The translations under genes and the position numbers were made by a program. Source: Octopus sinensis (taxonomy: Eukaryota). Taken from it: 64,000 nucleotides of DNA. The stretch is from positions 18,910,001-18,974,000 of the forward strand of contig NC_043010.1 of assembly GCF_006345805.1 (NCBI RefSeq). The letters are read 5' to 3'. The notes below the pieces were generated by a model. That model had not been told where the DNA came from. It searched no databases and saw only the letters and a program-made list of their open reading frames with translations. Positions 1 to 12,969 of the stretch are shown here, piece after piece. The stretch's first letter is position 1. Each line of letters opens with the position of its first letter.

Positions 1-85
1 ATGAAATGCTGAGCAGCATTCCTTCTGGCTTTGCACTCTGAGTTCAAAAACTGCTGAGGCTGACTTTGTCTTTCATCCTTTTGTT

Positions 86-345
86 GTCATTTAACATCCG
101 TTTTTCATGCTGGCATGGGTTGAATGGTTTGACTAAAGAACTGGCAAGCTGGGAGGCTCCAATCTGATCTGGCAACTTTTCTACAGCTGGATGCCCTTCC
201 TAACGCCAACCACTCTGAGAGTGTAGTGGGTGCTTTTTACGTTCCACCATTACAGGAGCCAGTCAGGCAGCACTGGCATCAGCCATGCTCGAATGGAGCT
301 TTTTATGTGCCTCCGGCATGGGTGCCAATCAGGCAGTACTGGCAA
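86..345 (-). mobile_element. 5'-truncated RTE LINE 3'UTR fragment
   Basis: Matches the 3'UTR of the RTE at 54225-55086 (catgctggcatgggtt...ggatgcccttcctaacgccaaccactc...ggtgctttttacg). Confidence 0.8.
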
Positions 346-1125
346 GTACCAGATAAACACTGGGGGTCGAAGTAATCAACTACCCCCATCCCCAAAATTT
401 TAGGTCCTTTCAGACGAAAGGGTTACTAATGCCTGAAAAACAACTAAGTTGTGATTGTTATAGCAGATGTGTAAAACTGTATCTGTTAAATCTGTGTAGA
501 AGTTCCCAATAAGCTGAGGCTCTGTGCATAAACTGGAAAAGATCTGACAGGAATGGTTATTTTGGGAGGGTGGGGAAAGAAGTGATTTTTTAAATTTGCA
601 AGGTTAGAAAAAATTATTTTTCAGAATCCTAATTTCAGCATTTTTCTCTATAGTTTGGAACTTTCTAGTCTGTTGAACGGCAACAGAGAGATGCTCATCA
701 TATTGTTTGCTGTTTTGTTATTCCTCAGGCATCCAAACATCCCACAAATGGACAGAAGGGATCAAAACTGCCAAGGCATTGAGATTGGGTAGATGTGGGG
801 ATTTGAAAAGGTAAGAAGAGAACGGTTGAGAAAAGTTTTGAAAGATTGAAATTTTGAAAAAAACCTTTTTTTTTTTCCATAATTGCAGTCTCTATTTTTA
901 GATGTGGTATTAATAAAAAAAAAAAGACAGTTTTAAACAAAATGTTTGGGAGTGGAGGAGAAATGAAATTTTAAAAAAAGCTGTTTTTTTGGAAGCAAAA
1001 TTATAATCTCTGATGTTGAAAACATATAAACCCGAAAAATAAAATGAGGAACAATAGGAAGGGTGGGGTGGTGGTGCATATTCAACACATCCACCAGTAT
1101 TTTAGTATCATCATCATCCCCCCAC

Positions 1126-1206
1126 CCCATCTAAGTACTCACGAGGCTCAATGTTGCTTAACTTCGGTGATCGGACGAGAACCGGTGCTTTCAAAATGAT
1201 ATCGCC
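1126..1206 (-). pseudogene. 5S rRNA fragment (about nt 7-87), truncated at both ends
   Basis: Reverse complement reads GGCGATATCATTTTGAAAGCACCGGTTCTCGTCCGATCACCGAAGTTAAGCAACATTGAGCCTCGTGAGTACTTAGATGGG, clearly metazoan 5S rRNA. C-box and 3' stem are missing. Confidence 0.9.
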
Positions 1207-1399
1207 AAGTTATTTTGTATATATATAAGTATTTTTTTATCATGTATAAGTATTTTAACATACATAAGTATTTTAGTATGTGTAAACATTTGTTATCAAG
1301 CATAAGCAATTTATCATTTATAAGTGTTTAAGAATGTCTAAGCACTTTATTATGATCCAATATAAATATTTTATCAGGTCTTTCGACCTCAACTATTAA

Positions 1400-1870
1400 T
1401 GTTGTAACAGAAGTGTCATCGTGACATACCGTATACCAGTTTCCTCCATCTGTTGCAGTTGTGTACCAGAGATCGAATCTCTACTAAGAATTTTCCTGCT
1501 TATTCTTTGATGTTTGTCCATATTATGCCTGCTTTTCTTTACCCCTTCTACGGTTCCGAGAAGAATGGTCTCTGCAAAGTCACTGAATCTTGCAGTTATG
1601 GCCCTACTGTCTCAGCTTTAAGAAGAAGTCCTTCATGGCAACCATTGGGATGGTGTGTGGTTTTTACAAACCTATTTATTCATGACGTGGTCCCAATATG
1701 AAATACTTAAAATGTTGCAGAAACAAACCCATCCACAATGCCTTTTACTTTCTCTGAATCTCTCTTCTGAGGTCCCTGGCTCTCAAACAGACAGCAAGAT
1801 GAAAAGTACCGGCAGTACACACAGCAGCCTGATTCTAGTGATGCTCTTATCTCTCCATATTGATTAGAGT
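1400..1870 (-). mobile_element. Degenerate RTE (BovB-like) RT C-terminal remnant
   Basis: Frameshifted translation gives WRDKSI..RL, LSISYWDHVMN and TILLGTVEG, typical RTE RT C-terminal motifs. Confidence 0.6.
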
Positions 1871-2019
1871 TTAGGGGGTGCAATCATTGTCTGTGTAGTC
1901 CTTGTGAGGATTTCAGGCCTTCATCCTTTACCATTGATAACTGCTGCAACATCTCCAGTTACCGTCTTTGTACACAGAGATGGCTGCTGAGGTGCTACTA
2001 CTGATATTTGAGCTGGGTT

Positions 2020-2250
2020 GAGCTGGCTTCATTCATCCTCAATGTTGCATCTCTCACAAACATCGACCAGGCCTGGCGATTTGAGGCTAATGACCGCGTG
2101 ATCTCCAACCACTCCTTATTCCAGCGGTGAACGCCGTAGATATGGGGGCCTAGGTTGGGTTCCAGATCAGCCAGATTTTTCGTTGACCTACTGATATTTG
2201 GAATAAGTCTGGGTTTTTTCAGGTCATACTTGGTGAAATCTCATTTTGTT
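2020..2250 (-). mobile_element. RTE-clade LINE C-terminal remnant of a second family
   Basis: Translation ADLEPNLGPHIYGVHRWNKEWLEITRSLASNRQAWSMFVRDA resembles the C-terminus of SR2/SR3-type RTE elements. Confidence 0.6.
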
Positions 2251-2457
2251 TTGGATAGAATGGCTTTAAAAAAGATGCAGGCAATCTTCATTTGGTGCAG
2301 GAATGTTGATTCACCAAGATTGGTGAATATAAGCAAGCTAAACTTGGGATTCATAAAAATAATAAATAAACATGGAACCTAAAATAAATTTCCATGCTCA
2401 CAATATTTCATTCATTTCATTCTCCCCCAACTGCCACTCCCTTAAATTACACTAAAT

Positions 2458-2935
2458 CAGTGGTTTTGAACCAGGGTCCATATATGACCCTTGAAGGTCC
2501 TTATAAGATTTTGTTGTTAAAATTTATCTGCAAGAGACTGCTTTTACTTCAAAAATACACAAAATATTTTAACAATTTTTTTTATACAATTCTTAAAAAT
2601 ATTTAACCCTTTCATTACTGTATTTGTTTTGAGATGCTCTGTGTTTCTTTTAATTAATTTTAAATATAACAAAGAATTTAGTAAAATAACTTAGTTATCA
2701 TTCAGCTAGGGTTAGGAACATAAATTGTGAATAAGGTTTGGTGGAAGATTTTAATTCAAAACTTATGAAAATAAGACATTTGTACTACAGAGACAGAGGT
2801 GGTTTCAGCTAGGTTGGTAATGAAAGGGTTAATTCTAAAAACAAGATTTTTTAAAACACTGAATATATATTAGGGTCCACTGAGTAAAATAGAAATCGAA
2901 GGGGTCCATGGGCAAAAAGGGGTCGAGAACACTTG
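2458..2935. mobile_element. Degenerate hAT-like MITE hosting the piggyBac MITE
   Basis: Ends CAGTGGTTTTGAACC and GGTCGAGAACACTTG resemble CAGTGGTTCTCAACC-type TIRs. No clean TSD seen. Confidence 0.45.
2607..2828. mobile_element. piggyBac-type MITE
   Basis: Perfect 12-bp TIR CCCTTTCATTAC/GTAATGAAAGGG with TTAA TSD on both sides. Confidence 0.85.
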
Positions 2936-3057
2936 CTCTCAACAAACTATTTTTCAAATCAATAACCTTTTCCCATTGTCCCTTGCAGTGACTGATGTGA
3001 AGCAATTTTCTTGATATTTCTTTCAGGAGTTAAGACAGCCAGCTGCAGAATTGTTAG

Positions 3058-3431
3058 GTGCAGGCATGGATGTGGTAAAAATCTTGCTACCTTCCCAACC
3101 TTATGGTTCTGGGTTCAGTCCCACTGTGTGGCACCTTGGGCAAGTGTCTTCTACTAAAGCCTCGGGCCAACTAAAGCCTTGCAAGTGGATTTGGTGGGCG
3201 GAAACTGAAAGAACCCTGTCATGTATGTATGTATATATGTACGTACGTGTTTTTTTAATCTGTTTTTCCCCCTACCATCGCTTGACAACCGATGTTGTTA
3301 TGTTTATGCCCCTGTAAATTAGCAGTTCGGCAAAAGAGACCGATAGAATAAGTACTAGGCTTACAAAGAATAAGGCGGTGCTCCAGCATGGCCGCAGTCA
3401 AATGACTGAAACCAATAAAAGTGTAAAAGAA
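3058..3431 (+). mobile_element. tRNA-derived SINE family A (internal (TA)n/(TG)n tract)
   Basis: Head with ggcaccttgggcaagtgtc CORE-like block, internal microsatellite and tail cagcatggccgcagtcaaatgactgaaac. Multiple copies in the window. Confidence 0.85.
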
Positions 3432-3449
3432 CACCGGGCAAAATGCTTA

Positions 3450-3625
3450 GCAGCACTTCATCCGTTTTTGTGTTCTGAATTCAAATTCTGCTGAGGTCAA
3501 CTTTGATTTTCATCTTGTTGGGGTTGAAAAAGCAAGTACCAGTTGTGTACTAGGGTCAATGTAATTGACCTAACCTCTTCTCCGAAATGGCTGGCCTTGT
3601 GCCAAAATTTGAAACCAATATTTGT
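3450..3625 (+). mobile_element. SINE family B (gtcgactttgcctttcatcc...ggggtcgat core)
   Basis: Shared with copies at about 6880-6990(-), 11395-11460(-), 14125-14295, 15103-15230, 33095-33230 and 38775-38905(-). Confidence 0.75.
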
Positions 3626-5092
3626 GTCAGGAGCTAAAAAAAAAAAGAATGTCAGGTGATTTAACAATCTTTCTATATGAAAAACTGTGTCTCCATGCAA
3701 AATAGGAATACAAGCTGAAACGTACATTCACTTCTTTATCATTATCATTTAACATACGTTTTTTATGTTGGCATGGGTCAGATGGCTTGACAGCAGCTGG
3801 TAAGGCCTGGAGGGTGGGGGTTGCAACAGGGTTCACTCTGTTCTGGCATACTTTCTATGGCTGGATGCCCTCCCTAACACCAACCACTTTACAGTGTATT
3901 GGATGCATTTTATGTAGCATAATCACTGTGCTTTTTATGTGGCACCAATACCAATGCTTTTCATGTGGAACCATCACCACTATCAATTCTGCTGTGGTAA
4001 GATAAATATTTTATCATGCTTTCATCATCATTTAATGTCCACTTTTCCATGCTTGTTTGGGCCAGAGGGAATCTATTGAGGCACATTCTCTACTGTTGGA
4101 TACCCTTCTTGTCTCCAACCCTCACCTGCTTCAAAGCAAGGTAAACGTCGATGCTCATTTACGACCATCACATGACATCAAGATAAAGGTACACACACAC
4201 ATGTACAATGGGCTTCTTTCAGTTTCCATCTATAAAATCCATTCACAAAGCTTTGGCTGGCTCAGGGCTACAGTTGACATTTGCCCAAGGTGCTGAACAG
4301 TAGAACTGAACTTGAAATCATATGGTTGGGAAGCAAGCCTCTTCCTCACACAGCCACATCATATATAAGAATTTTATCACAGTTTTGATTCCTTATTAAA
4401 CCTGACTGGTTTCAGAAAGGTGGCACATTCTGACCATGAGCAAGTAACTTCACTTTATGTTGCTCTACACCACTTGCCAGAAAATGTGTCCCAGTGCCAA
4501 CAGCTGATATGGATTGCTGTCACTGTGCTCTTACTGTATGAACCACAGTAGAAACCTGTAGCAATTCAGGCAGATTTGTGTAGATAGAAGTACAGTCTAC
4601 CTGGCTGTACTTAGGCACCACATGCTACTTACTGTCTGCTTTGGTGTAAACAAGTACCATGAGTTGGGGACAATCCACCAAACTGTAAGCAGGTGCTGGG
4701 TACAGTCTAGCTAGCTGTAAACAAGTACCCCATGTAAGGTACAGACTGCCTGGTCAACCTGTCTGTACTGCACCATTTATTCATCTCCAAAAAAGCAGCA
4801 CCTCTATAAAACAAAACATATCATGGGGTCCACTTTATGGTAACCAAATTTCTGAAATGCTCATTTCTAACACAATTCGTGTTAATTTAACGCTAGGTAA
4901 GACACTTTTTAACAGTACATCTGTTATGCTGTGTTTGCAGGGTGGATTCAAAGCGAATGCTTTGGGAGACTGTGTCCAACCTTTTAAATTAAGGTGAGGG
5001 GATTTAAGGCTGCTTTCGAGACAACGGTGTTCAGGGAGCTAGGCAAATAACAATTAGGAAACACCCGCTACCTTTACGATAGGAGATGCTCA

Positions 5093-5511
5093 GGATCTTT
5101 TCGGTTTGAACGGCAGTTTTTTCTAGCGGTGTCATATGAAATTGTCACCCATAATTATGACCCTAGTATCGATCTATTGCATTTCAATCTGTTTTAGGGT
5201 TAGGTTTAGTTAGGGGTGGGGGGAAGGGTATTTTTTTTTCTTCACAAATGTAAAAAAACCCAATCTGTTTCTTAAACGAGGGACATATTCATACGGCACA
5301 GAATGCTTTTTACCTCAATAGACGCCAGTGATTGGTTGAAATTGCAGAAATTGAAGAAAAAACAACAGATATCTTACAAACTATAGAATTTTCTCAATAA
5401 AGCCAAGAGAAAAAGATGTTTTATAAACACATTCTACCAGTATACGAAGTTTAAAATATTTTAGTTACCTAGAAATTATGTTAAAAACTGCCGTTCAAAC
5501 CGAAAAGATCC
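5093..5511. mobile_element. Merlin-type MITE, copy 1
   Basis: About 29-bp TIR GGATCTTTTCGGTTTGAACGGCAGTTTTT and 8-bp TSD GATGCTCA. GG...CC ends with an 8-bp TSD fit Merlin. Confidence 0.8.
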
Positions 5512-6658
5512 GATGCTCACAAAATAGGGGCAAGAGTGCGTTGTATTAGTTCCTTGTGCTTCTATCCCAATGTTTACAAAAACTAATCTTGTGGAATATT
5601 GCGAACTGAAATCTAAGGTTGCCGAAGAAATGACAGAAAAAAAATGGGGGGCGTCAAAATGATTTGGGGCATGTTAATTATTTCCATAAATGCTTCCATA
5701 GGAGCGGGAGTACATAGGTACCAGGGGGAACACGTAGGTCACAGAGGACAAGTACGCACCTTTCTCATTGAAAGCATGCTTTGCATACATTACACTTTAC
5801 TGAATAGGCACCTGATATATATAATATATACACACGCACATAGTGGGCAGACAAAGTTTTGTACACCCTCCACTAAACACTATTCAGTAAACAAACGCTA
5901 TATGAACACACAGACATACACTATACTATATATATAGACGCCCTATATAAATAAATAAATGTATGTATATACACACACATACACACAAGGCATACACTTA
6001 CACCCCTCCCTAAGCAAGCATCAACAAATACACGAGAACTGCCCTTACATACAATCGTTTTAACCAACACCCACAAAATAACGGGTGTCTCTTCAGTTGA
6101 CCCGCTAGAAATAGCAGCTAAATGCCTCTCAAATCAAGTGTCACAGTTTAAAAAAAAAAGAAAAGAAAAAAGGGGAGCCAAATAAACAATGTAACCTCAG
6201 GTACACTACGTCTGAATTTAACAAAAAAAGAACGTGATAGTCGTGGTTATAATGCGTCTGGTCATGGGACTGTCCTAGTAGGGATCACATGGGACTAAGC
6301 AAGTATAAACGAACGAGGCTAGAATGTCTGGGAGACGATGTCACAGATTTCTATAAAGAATGTGGCGGTGGTGGTGGTCAATAGGATTGTCCAAAAAATA
6401 GTAACGGTTTTCAAAGGTCATTTCCCGTTTCGTGAGAAAAAGAAAATGAATAATAAACTAAACCCTTTATAATGAACGAAAAGTAAAGCTGTCCCCAGTG
6501 ATAGACACTCGATGGCAGGGGGAAATTAACTCGCATTGATGTTTACTAATTTTTAAATAGCCTCTCTTTATATATCTATTATATGTAGCATCAACAGACG
6601 TGTGTGTAACAGATGTGTATACAAGTTTAACAGACAAGTATATATAAAACACTATCGG

Positions 6659-6711
<53 letters not shown>

Positions 6712-9015
6712 CAGTAACAGTCGTGTTTATAACAAAATCAACTAAAATATGTAACATCCAACAGACTGTATATAGCATTCATTGTGTGTGTATGTGTGTA
6801 TATATACTGTTAACAGAGAATACGTATATAACAGCGCAAAATATTGGCGCAAGGCCAGACATTTTAGGAGAAGAGAAGAAATGAATGAAATGTGTCAGTA
6901 CTTGACCGGTTCTTTAATTTATTGATCCCAAAGTAATGAAAGACAAAGTCGACACCGACGGGATCTGAATTCGGAATATAAAGCGACGATTAACAGTAAT
7001 AACAATAACTATTTCATACGTAAAACAGGGGGGAGGAGTTGGTTTATTACATCGATATTAGTACTTGATTGGTGCCTTTTTTTTTATCAACCCAAGAACG
7101 ATGAAAGACAAAGTTAAAGATTTCTTACATAACATCTGTAATAGTAATAGTAATTTATGTGAGAGTAATTTTAAATAGTAACAGATGACTAGGTACACTC
7201 GGGGCAGACAGGTGCCGACAATTTGTAGCGAAGCTCAGTTTTGTTAATACAGATTGATACCAGTATATTACTGATAGCTTCTTCAATAATAAATAGGAAT
7301 AACTAAAACAACAATAATAAAGGCAAACACATCTTACAAGATTAGAACATAATAATAATGATAATAATTAATAATACCTTTCAGCTTGTATTTAGCGAGG
7401 CAGGACAAAGTTGAATTTGGAGTGAGGAAAAAATAGAAGAGACCTGGAAAGAATTACAAAGAAACGAGAAGAATAAATGGTCGGTCGGTGTGTTTGTTGA
7501 TGTAGACAGGTCCAGTAGTGGCAGTTGTTGATTAATCCTCTCATATCAGCTTTTATCAGTCTTGTGATCAAAAGACAACCGTGACCATCCCGTTTTATAT
7601 TGTTGGTCATAACGATGATGATGATGATGATGATGTACAGATAATCATCATGTCGATGATGATGGTGGTGATGATGATAATGCAGTTATAGCAGAGTTAT
7701 TATTATTCTTATTATTATTATTGTTGCTCTAGTTGTTGTTAAGCTCCAGATACATGATTAAACAAACCCTTCTCAAACACCCCACATACAACAACAACCA
7801 TTATCACTACAGCTATCACCCATGTTCTCCTCGCCGTCGCAGGTTCAAAGTTCACATGTCGAGTCATTCTTTTTTCGTTTGTAGTGGTGGTGGTGGTGGG
7901 AGTGAGGTGGGGGTCCATGGTTGATGTTGTGGCTTTGTCTGTTTTCCCCCCTCTTTTCTTTCCGGTGATAACAGCGGGGGTGGGGGGAAGGAGAGGGAAG
8001 GTGCTGTTGCCCTTCACATTCTCCTCTTTATTTCCACAGTTCTTCTTATGGTTTCACTGCGTGGGTTGTGATGGCGGTGGTAGCGGCGGCGGCGGCGGTG
8101 GTGGTGATGACATTGTCGCGGTCTTGGTTAAGTTCTAAATGGACTTGAACAACAATGACAACAACAACAACAGCAGCAGAACAAGAAAATGTGAAGAAAT
8201 AAACAAGGGGGGAGGGAAGAAAAAAATTAAACAAGGACAGAGAGATTAATGAAACAAGAATAATAACAACAATAACAGCGATATTAACAAGGTAAATGAA
8301 GAGGTAGATTATAATGACGATGATGATGATGATGGGGATGCTGCTGCTGCTGTTGATGATGTTATTGAAGCGAAACGATGTTAAAGAATACCACAAACAC
8401 GACGACGTATTGCAACAAAGCACTGGTAGATGGGCGGTGATGGCTCAAAAACGTCCCCGCTCTAATAAGCACCCTACCTTGTTCAGCGTGCACAAAGCCA
8501 AACTAAAATGTAATGAAATGCGTAAAAATAAGACAAGCTAGTGTGTTAAGAAGGATAGGTGAGGTCTGATGGTTTTAGAAGGGCCATTTCTTTGGAAGAA
8601 TAAAAGAAACGTGTTGGAAGGCTATTTATGACCAGGAAGAAAACACTTTCCATTTCTTCCAAGCATCATCTTATTCCGAAAACGCTAACGGAAATTCATA
8701 TTTCACGGAAAACGAACTTTCGATTTTTTAACATTTATTTCTAGTCGAAAACAAATATGCTAGTGTCCACTTCACTGTTAAGTGTTCATGCAGCCAGAGT
8801 TACTGCGTAATTTTCCTACCTGCTGGCAACTTATTGCCATTTTCTAAGCTGTTTTCACGGCTATCCCGCGTTCGAAATTTACTTTATTTTCTTTAAAATA
8901 TCAACCCACTCGACGCTTGTTTGTTTATAACACATGTTTTCATATATGTGGGGTCGATTTGCTCGACTAAAGGTGGTGCTCCAGCATGGCTACAGCCAAA
9001 TGACTGAAACAAGTA

Positions 9016-9016
<1 letters not shown>

Positions 9017-9074
<58 letters not shown>
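9017..9074. repeat. (GATA)n microsatellite following a SINE A tail
   Basis: Direct reading. Confidence 0.95.
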
Positions 9075-9143
9075 TACATCGTCTAAGAATCTTAAGTCAG
9101 GAAAAAATGCAATGCACTCACATATGTCAGTAGAGTGGGTATA

Positions 9144-9353
9144 TTAATCGAAGTTTACAGTATGATATATCCATTACGGCTGATTTTGCCAATTGGTTTT
9201 GCATTAGGGGTTCAACATAGTGTTAAATAACAATCCGATTATGTAACTCTGCGTAGGGTTACATAACTGTACCGTTACCTAACACTCCGTTGAACCCCTA
9301 ATGCGAATTCGTAAGATCAGCCGCAACAGATATACAATACTGTAAACTTCGAT

Positions 9354-9356
<3 letters not shown>
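9144..9356. mobile_element. Fold-back MITE with TA TSD (Tc1/mariner-like)
   Basis: Terminal IR TAATCGAAGTTTACAGTAT/ATACTGTAAACTTCGATTA, nested inner IRs (gcattaggggttcaac/gttgaacccctaatgc) and TA flanks. Confidence 0.75.
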
Positions 9357-9387
<31 letters not shown>

Positions 9388-9559
9388 CGTGTATGAGTGT
9401 ACGAATGAGTGAGTGTACGTGCTAAAGAGTGTGCGTGAGTGAATGAGTGCTTGTTTTCCAGTAGACAGATAAATGGACTGGCTGTCATAGCCAAGATGTT
9501 TGCGACCAGCGGTCAAAGATAACAAAAGTAATAAATGAAGATAATAAAATTAAAATTAG

Positions 9560-9620
9560 GGAATGGGTCTGTATTTGTATGTGTATATATGTGTGTATGT
9601 GTAGGTATGCATAGGTACAC

Positions 9621-9665
<45 letters not shown>

Positions 9666-10050
9666 ATATATATATGTATGTATATGTATGTGTGTGTATA
9701 TATGTGTGTATGTGTATGTATATATATATGTGTATATAGGGACTAGTGTGCTGTGTGTGCATGTGTGTGTGTGGATATGTGTGTGTATGCGTGTATGTGA
9801 GTATGTGTGTGTAGGTGTATATATATTTTTCTGTGTGTATATGTATGTGTGGTCGTGTGTGTATATATACATGTGTGTATACGTGTATGCATGTGAGTGT
9901 GTGTATGTATACATATATGTGTATGTGTAGATATGTATATGTATGTGTAAGTGTATATATATGTATATATGTGTGTGTGTATGTATGTGTGTATGTATAT
10001 GTATATATGTTTGTATGTGTGTGTATATATGTATACATATGTGCATAGGT
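9560..10050. repeat. Compound (TA)/(TG)/(TATG) microsatellite
   Basis: Direct reading. Explains the spurious Y/I/V/C-rich ORFs. Confidence 0.95.
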
Positions 10051-10522
10051 ATAAGTGAGAATCTCCTTATTTACCTAAAACTCTATTCCCTTTTTTATAT
10101 ATATATTTTTATATATTTTTAAAAAATTTTTTAAATATTTTTTTATATATTTTTTTTTATTTATTCTTCTATCTAATTTAACACTGACTCCTTGACCACT
10201 CCCCCAAGTATGATATTTTGCGCTATGCCTACCCCCAAAAAGTCCCACACCAACACCCCTTTAAACCTGCCTAAATGTATAAATGCCAATACAATTCTTG
10301 TTAACTAGCTTCCTGAAGATTTCTCTTGAATGAAACAGTTCTAGTCCTGTAGAAGCTCCTTCTATATAATAAATTAATTTTACTCTGCAATGTATTGAGT
10401 ACCTTATTTACTGTGGTTAACCCCGAATCAACCCGGGACCTACATATATATATATATATATATACAAAATGAGAAAATGGAGAAATATATCTAAATCAAT
10501 CATCACAACCCCTATCTCATTT

Positions 10523-10554
<32 letters not shown>

Positions 10555-10564
10555 GTAATCGAAG

Positions 10565-10602
<38 letters not shown>

Positions 10603-10628
10603 CATATATATATAGTAATCGAAGTTTT

Positions 10629-10664
<36 letters not shown>

Positions 10665-10670
10665 ATATAT

Positions 10671-10733
<63 letters not shown>

Positions 10734-10884
10734 CATATATATACAGACGGAGAATGAACATACTACCACCATGTTCTTAATGATGAAATTAACCTCTTTG
10801 TCTATATATCTACCCTCTTTGTAATGTTGGCAAATGAAATAAGTATAAGAATGTGCATTGTCCGTTTAATTGAAAAATTCTATA

Positions 10885-10970
10885 TGTGGCTGAAGATTGC
10901 TCGACATTTTAAAACTGCTGTAATACTTAGTGTTTAATAAAATGAAGTAGCATGAAACAATTGTACTACG
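10885..10970 (+). ncRNA. Type I hammerhead ribozyme motif with long stem II
   Basis: TGTGG-CTGAAGA-(57-nt stem-loop)-GAAACAATTGTA-CTACG. Palindromic stem III ACAATTGT and GUA cleavage triplet. The stem II closing pair is U.U. Confidence 0.65.
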
Positions 10971-11480
10971 CTACCTTGGATATCCTTGTTGCTTATTTTG
11001 ATTATAATCACCCCATTTGATTTATATGGATAATAACATACAAAATTCTGGTGCCTTTAACTTAAGTACCATATTCATCTGAATCTATCTATATATATAT
11101 GTATATATATGGAGAGAGAGGAAGAGAGAAAGTTTGTATAAGATACACAGATCTCGATAGATAAGCATATACTTGTATTACTTTAATCAATAGAAGTTAC
11201 AAAGTGACCTATGGGCCAAGAGTTTTGTGCAAGGCACGATAAGTTTGATAAATGCTATACTCGAATCTTTCGGTTATTGAATCACTGTGGTGTTTGCCGA
11301 TGTAATTACTAATAATTATAATTCCTTCAAAGTTTGGCAGAAAGCCAGCAATTGTTTGGGGAGGGGGGTCTGTAGATTACGTCGATTATGCTTCATATTT
11401 TATCGAACCTGAAAGATGACAGGTAAAGTCGGCCTCGGTGGAATTCGAACTAAGAACGTAATGGAATTTTTTGGGTATTA

Positions 11481-11671
11481 GTCACCATTACACGTATTTC
11501 ATTTGCTAATAGGAATCACAAAGATTTACATTTTAGATAGACATGAAAGCAATTTTCTATTAGAAATTCGTCAGACAGAGAGATTAAATCATACGGCAAT
11601 TTCTTACATGTCTATCCAACATGTAAATCTTTGTAACTCCTATTAGCAAATATAACATGTGTAATGGTGAA
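11481..11671. mobile_element. MITE with about 65-bp imperfect TIRs and TA flanks
   Basis: tcaccattacac..tttgctaatagga..acaaagatttacat..gatagacatg is mirrored at the other end. Confidence 0.75.
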
Positions 11672-11765
11672 TAAATGATAACAAAAAATTTCTATATTCC
11701 TGTTTTGTTATATAAATACAATAACTCCGCAAATAACATTTCCATAATTTGAAAATTTTATTATA

Positions 11766-12385
11766 CATTGGGTCATCCTATAAATAATGCTGTTTTTTCA
11801 ATTGCATGAGCTAAAAGACGGACGGGGATGAGATAAACTGCCTGCATCAACCTGCTATAAAAGCAGTCTGTAATTTTACCTTGTCTTATTCTTAGTGCAT
11901 ATTTTGAAGAGTGCAGTTCAATTTTAACAGTTATTTTTTCAAAGTTATAATGGAAGTGACAAAAGAGCATATTCGGTACATTTTGCTTTATGAGTTCAAT
12001 AAAGGCAACAACGCAATGGAAAGTGCGAGGAATATTAATGCAGTATATGAGGATTGGACAATAAGCGTAAGCCAGAGTCAATGGTGCCTCCAGAAATTCT
12101 GAGCCAGAATCTACAGCCTAGAAGATGAGCCTCGTCTGCGAAGATCTGTAGAGCTCGACAAGGATGTCCTGCAAACCCTGGTGGAAAAAAATTCCCTTTT
12201 TAACTGTTGAGGAACTAGCAGAGAAGCTTCGATTTGATCATTCAACCATTCATCAGCACCAGCACTAGAAAAAGAAAAACGACCATCTTTGGTTTCAAGA
12301 CGAAAGGTGTTCTTCCATCAGAATAATGCTCGGCCACATACAATGAGCATGACATTCCAAAGACTGGAATTATTTTGCTCGCATA
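11766..12385 (+). mobile_element. Mariner remnant (5' TIR plus internally deleted transposase)
   Basis: MEVTKEHIRYILLYEFNKGNNAMESARNINAVY..EDEPR..LTVEELAE helix-turn-helix region with stops and a large deletion. Confidence 0.8.
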
Positions 12386-12969
12386 TCCTTCTTGGTAACT
12401 GTTAACTTCTACCTGGGCATAGCCTCAACAGAATTTCTAACCGTAAATTTCAATAGATCTATTCGACTTTAACGACAACTATTTCTCTTGCTTTTCTTCT
12501 TTTATTTGTTTCTATCATTTGACTGTGGCCACACTAGAACACCATTCATTTAACTTCAGATCACAGATTACTCAACTGATAACAAAAAAATAATAAAGAT
12601 GATATCTAGGTACATTGGCCATAAGATTTCTTCAAAATAAGTTATCTAACTGACAAATCAATGTACATTTTCACATACATGTGTAAACCGTCCTAAATTA
12701 ATATCTAGAAAATTCCGTCCTTGAATTTCTTTGACCTATTTTCTCAATTCCTATGCTACAGATTTTCTGTTGTCTTATAAATATGATTCTCCCTTGGTAA
12801 ATAGGAAAACACATTTGTTTACAGCTAATTCTTGTTGTTATATTTATATATAACGACCTTTTAAATTTCATACCTATGTATGTATGTATGTATGTATGTA
12901 TGTATGTATGTATGTATGTATGTATGTATGTATGTGCATGTGTGTATGCATGTATCTGTGCGCATGCAC

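Noticed and set aside
6040-6100. Hammerhead-like CTGAAGA...AAAACGATTGTA on the minus strand
   Set aside because: GAAA is mutated, there is a 4-nt insertion, stem I does not pair, and it overlaps another repeat.
9535-10761. Y/I/V/C/H-rich ORFs (also at 12880, 34549, 60644 and 62470)
   Set aside because: Translations of dinucleotide and tetranucleotide microsatellites.
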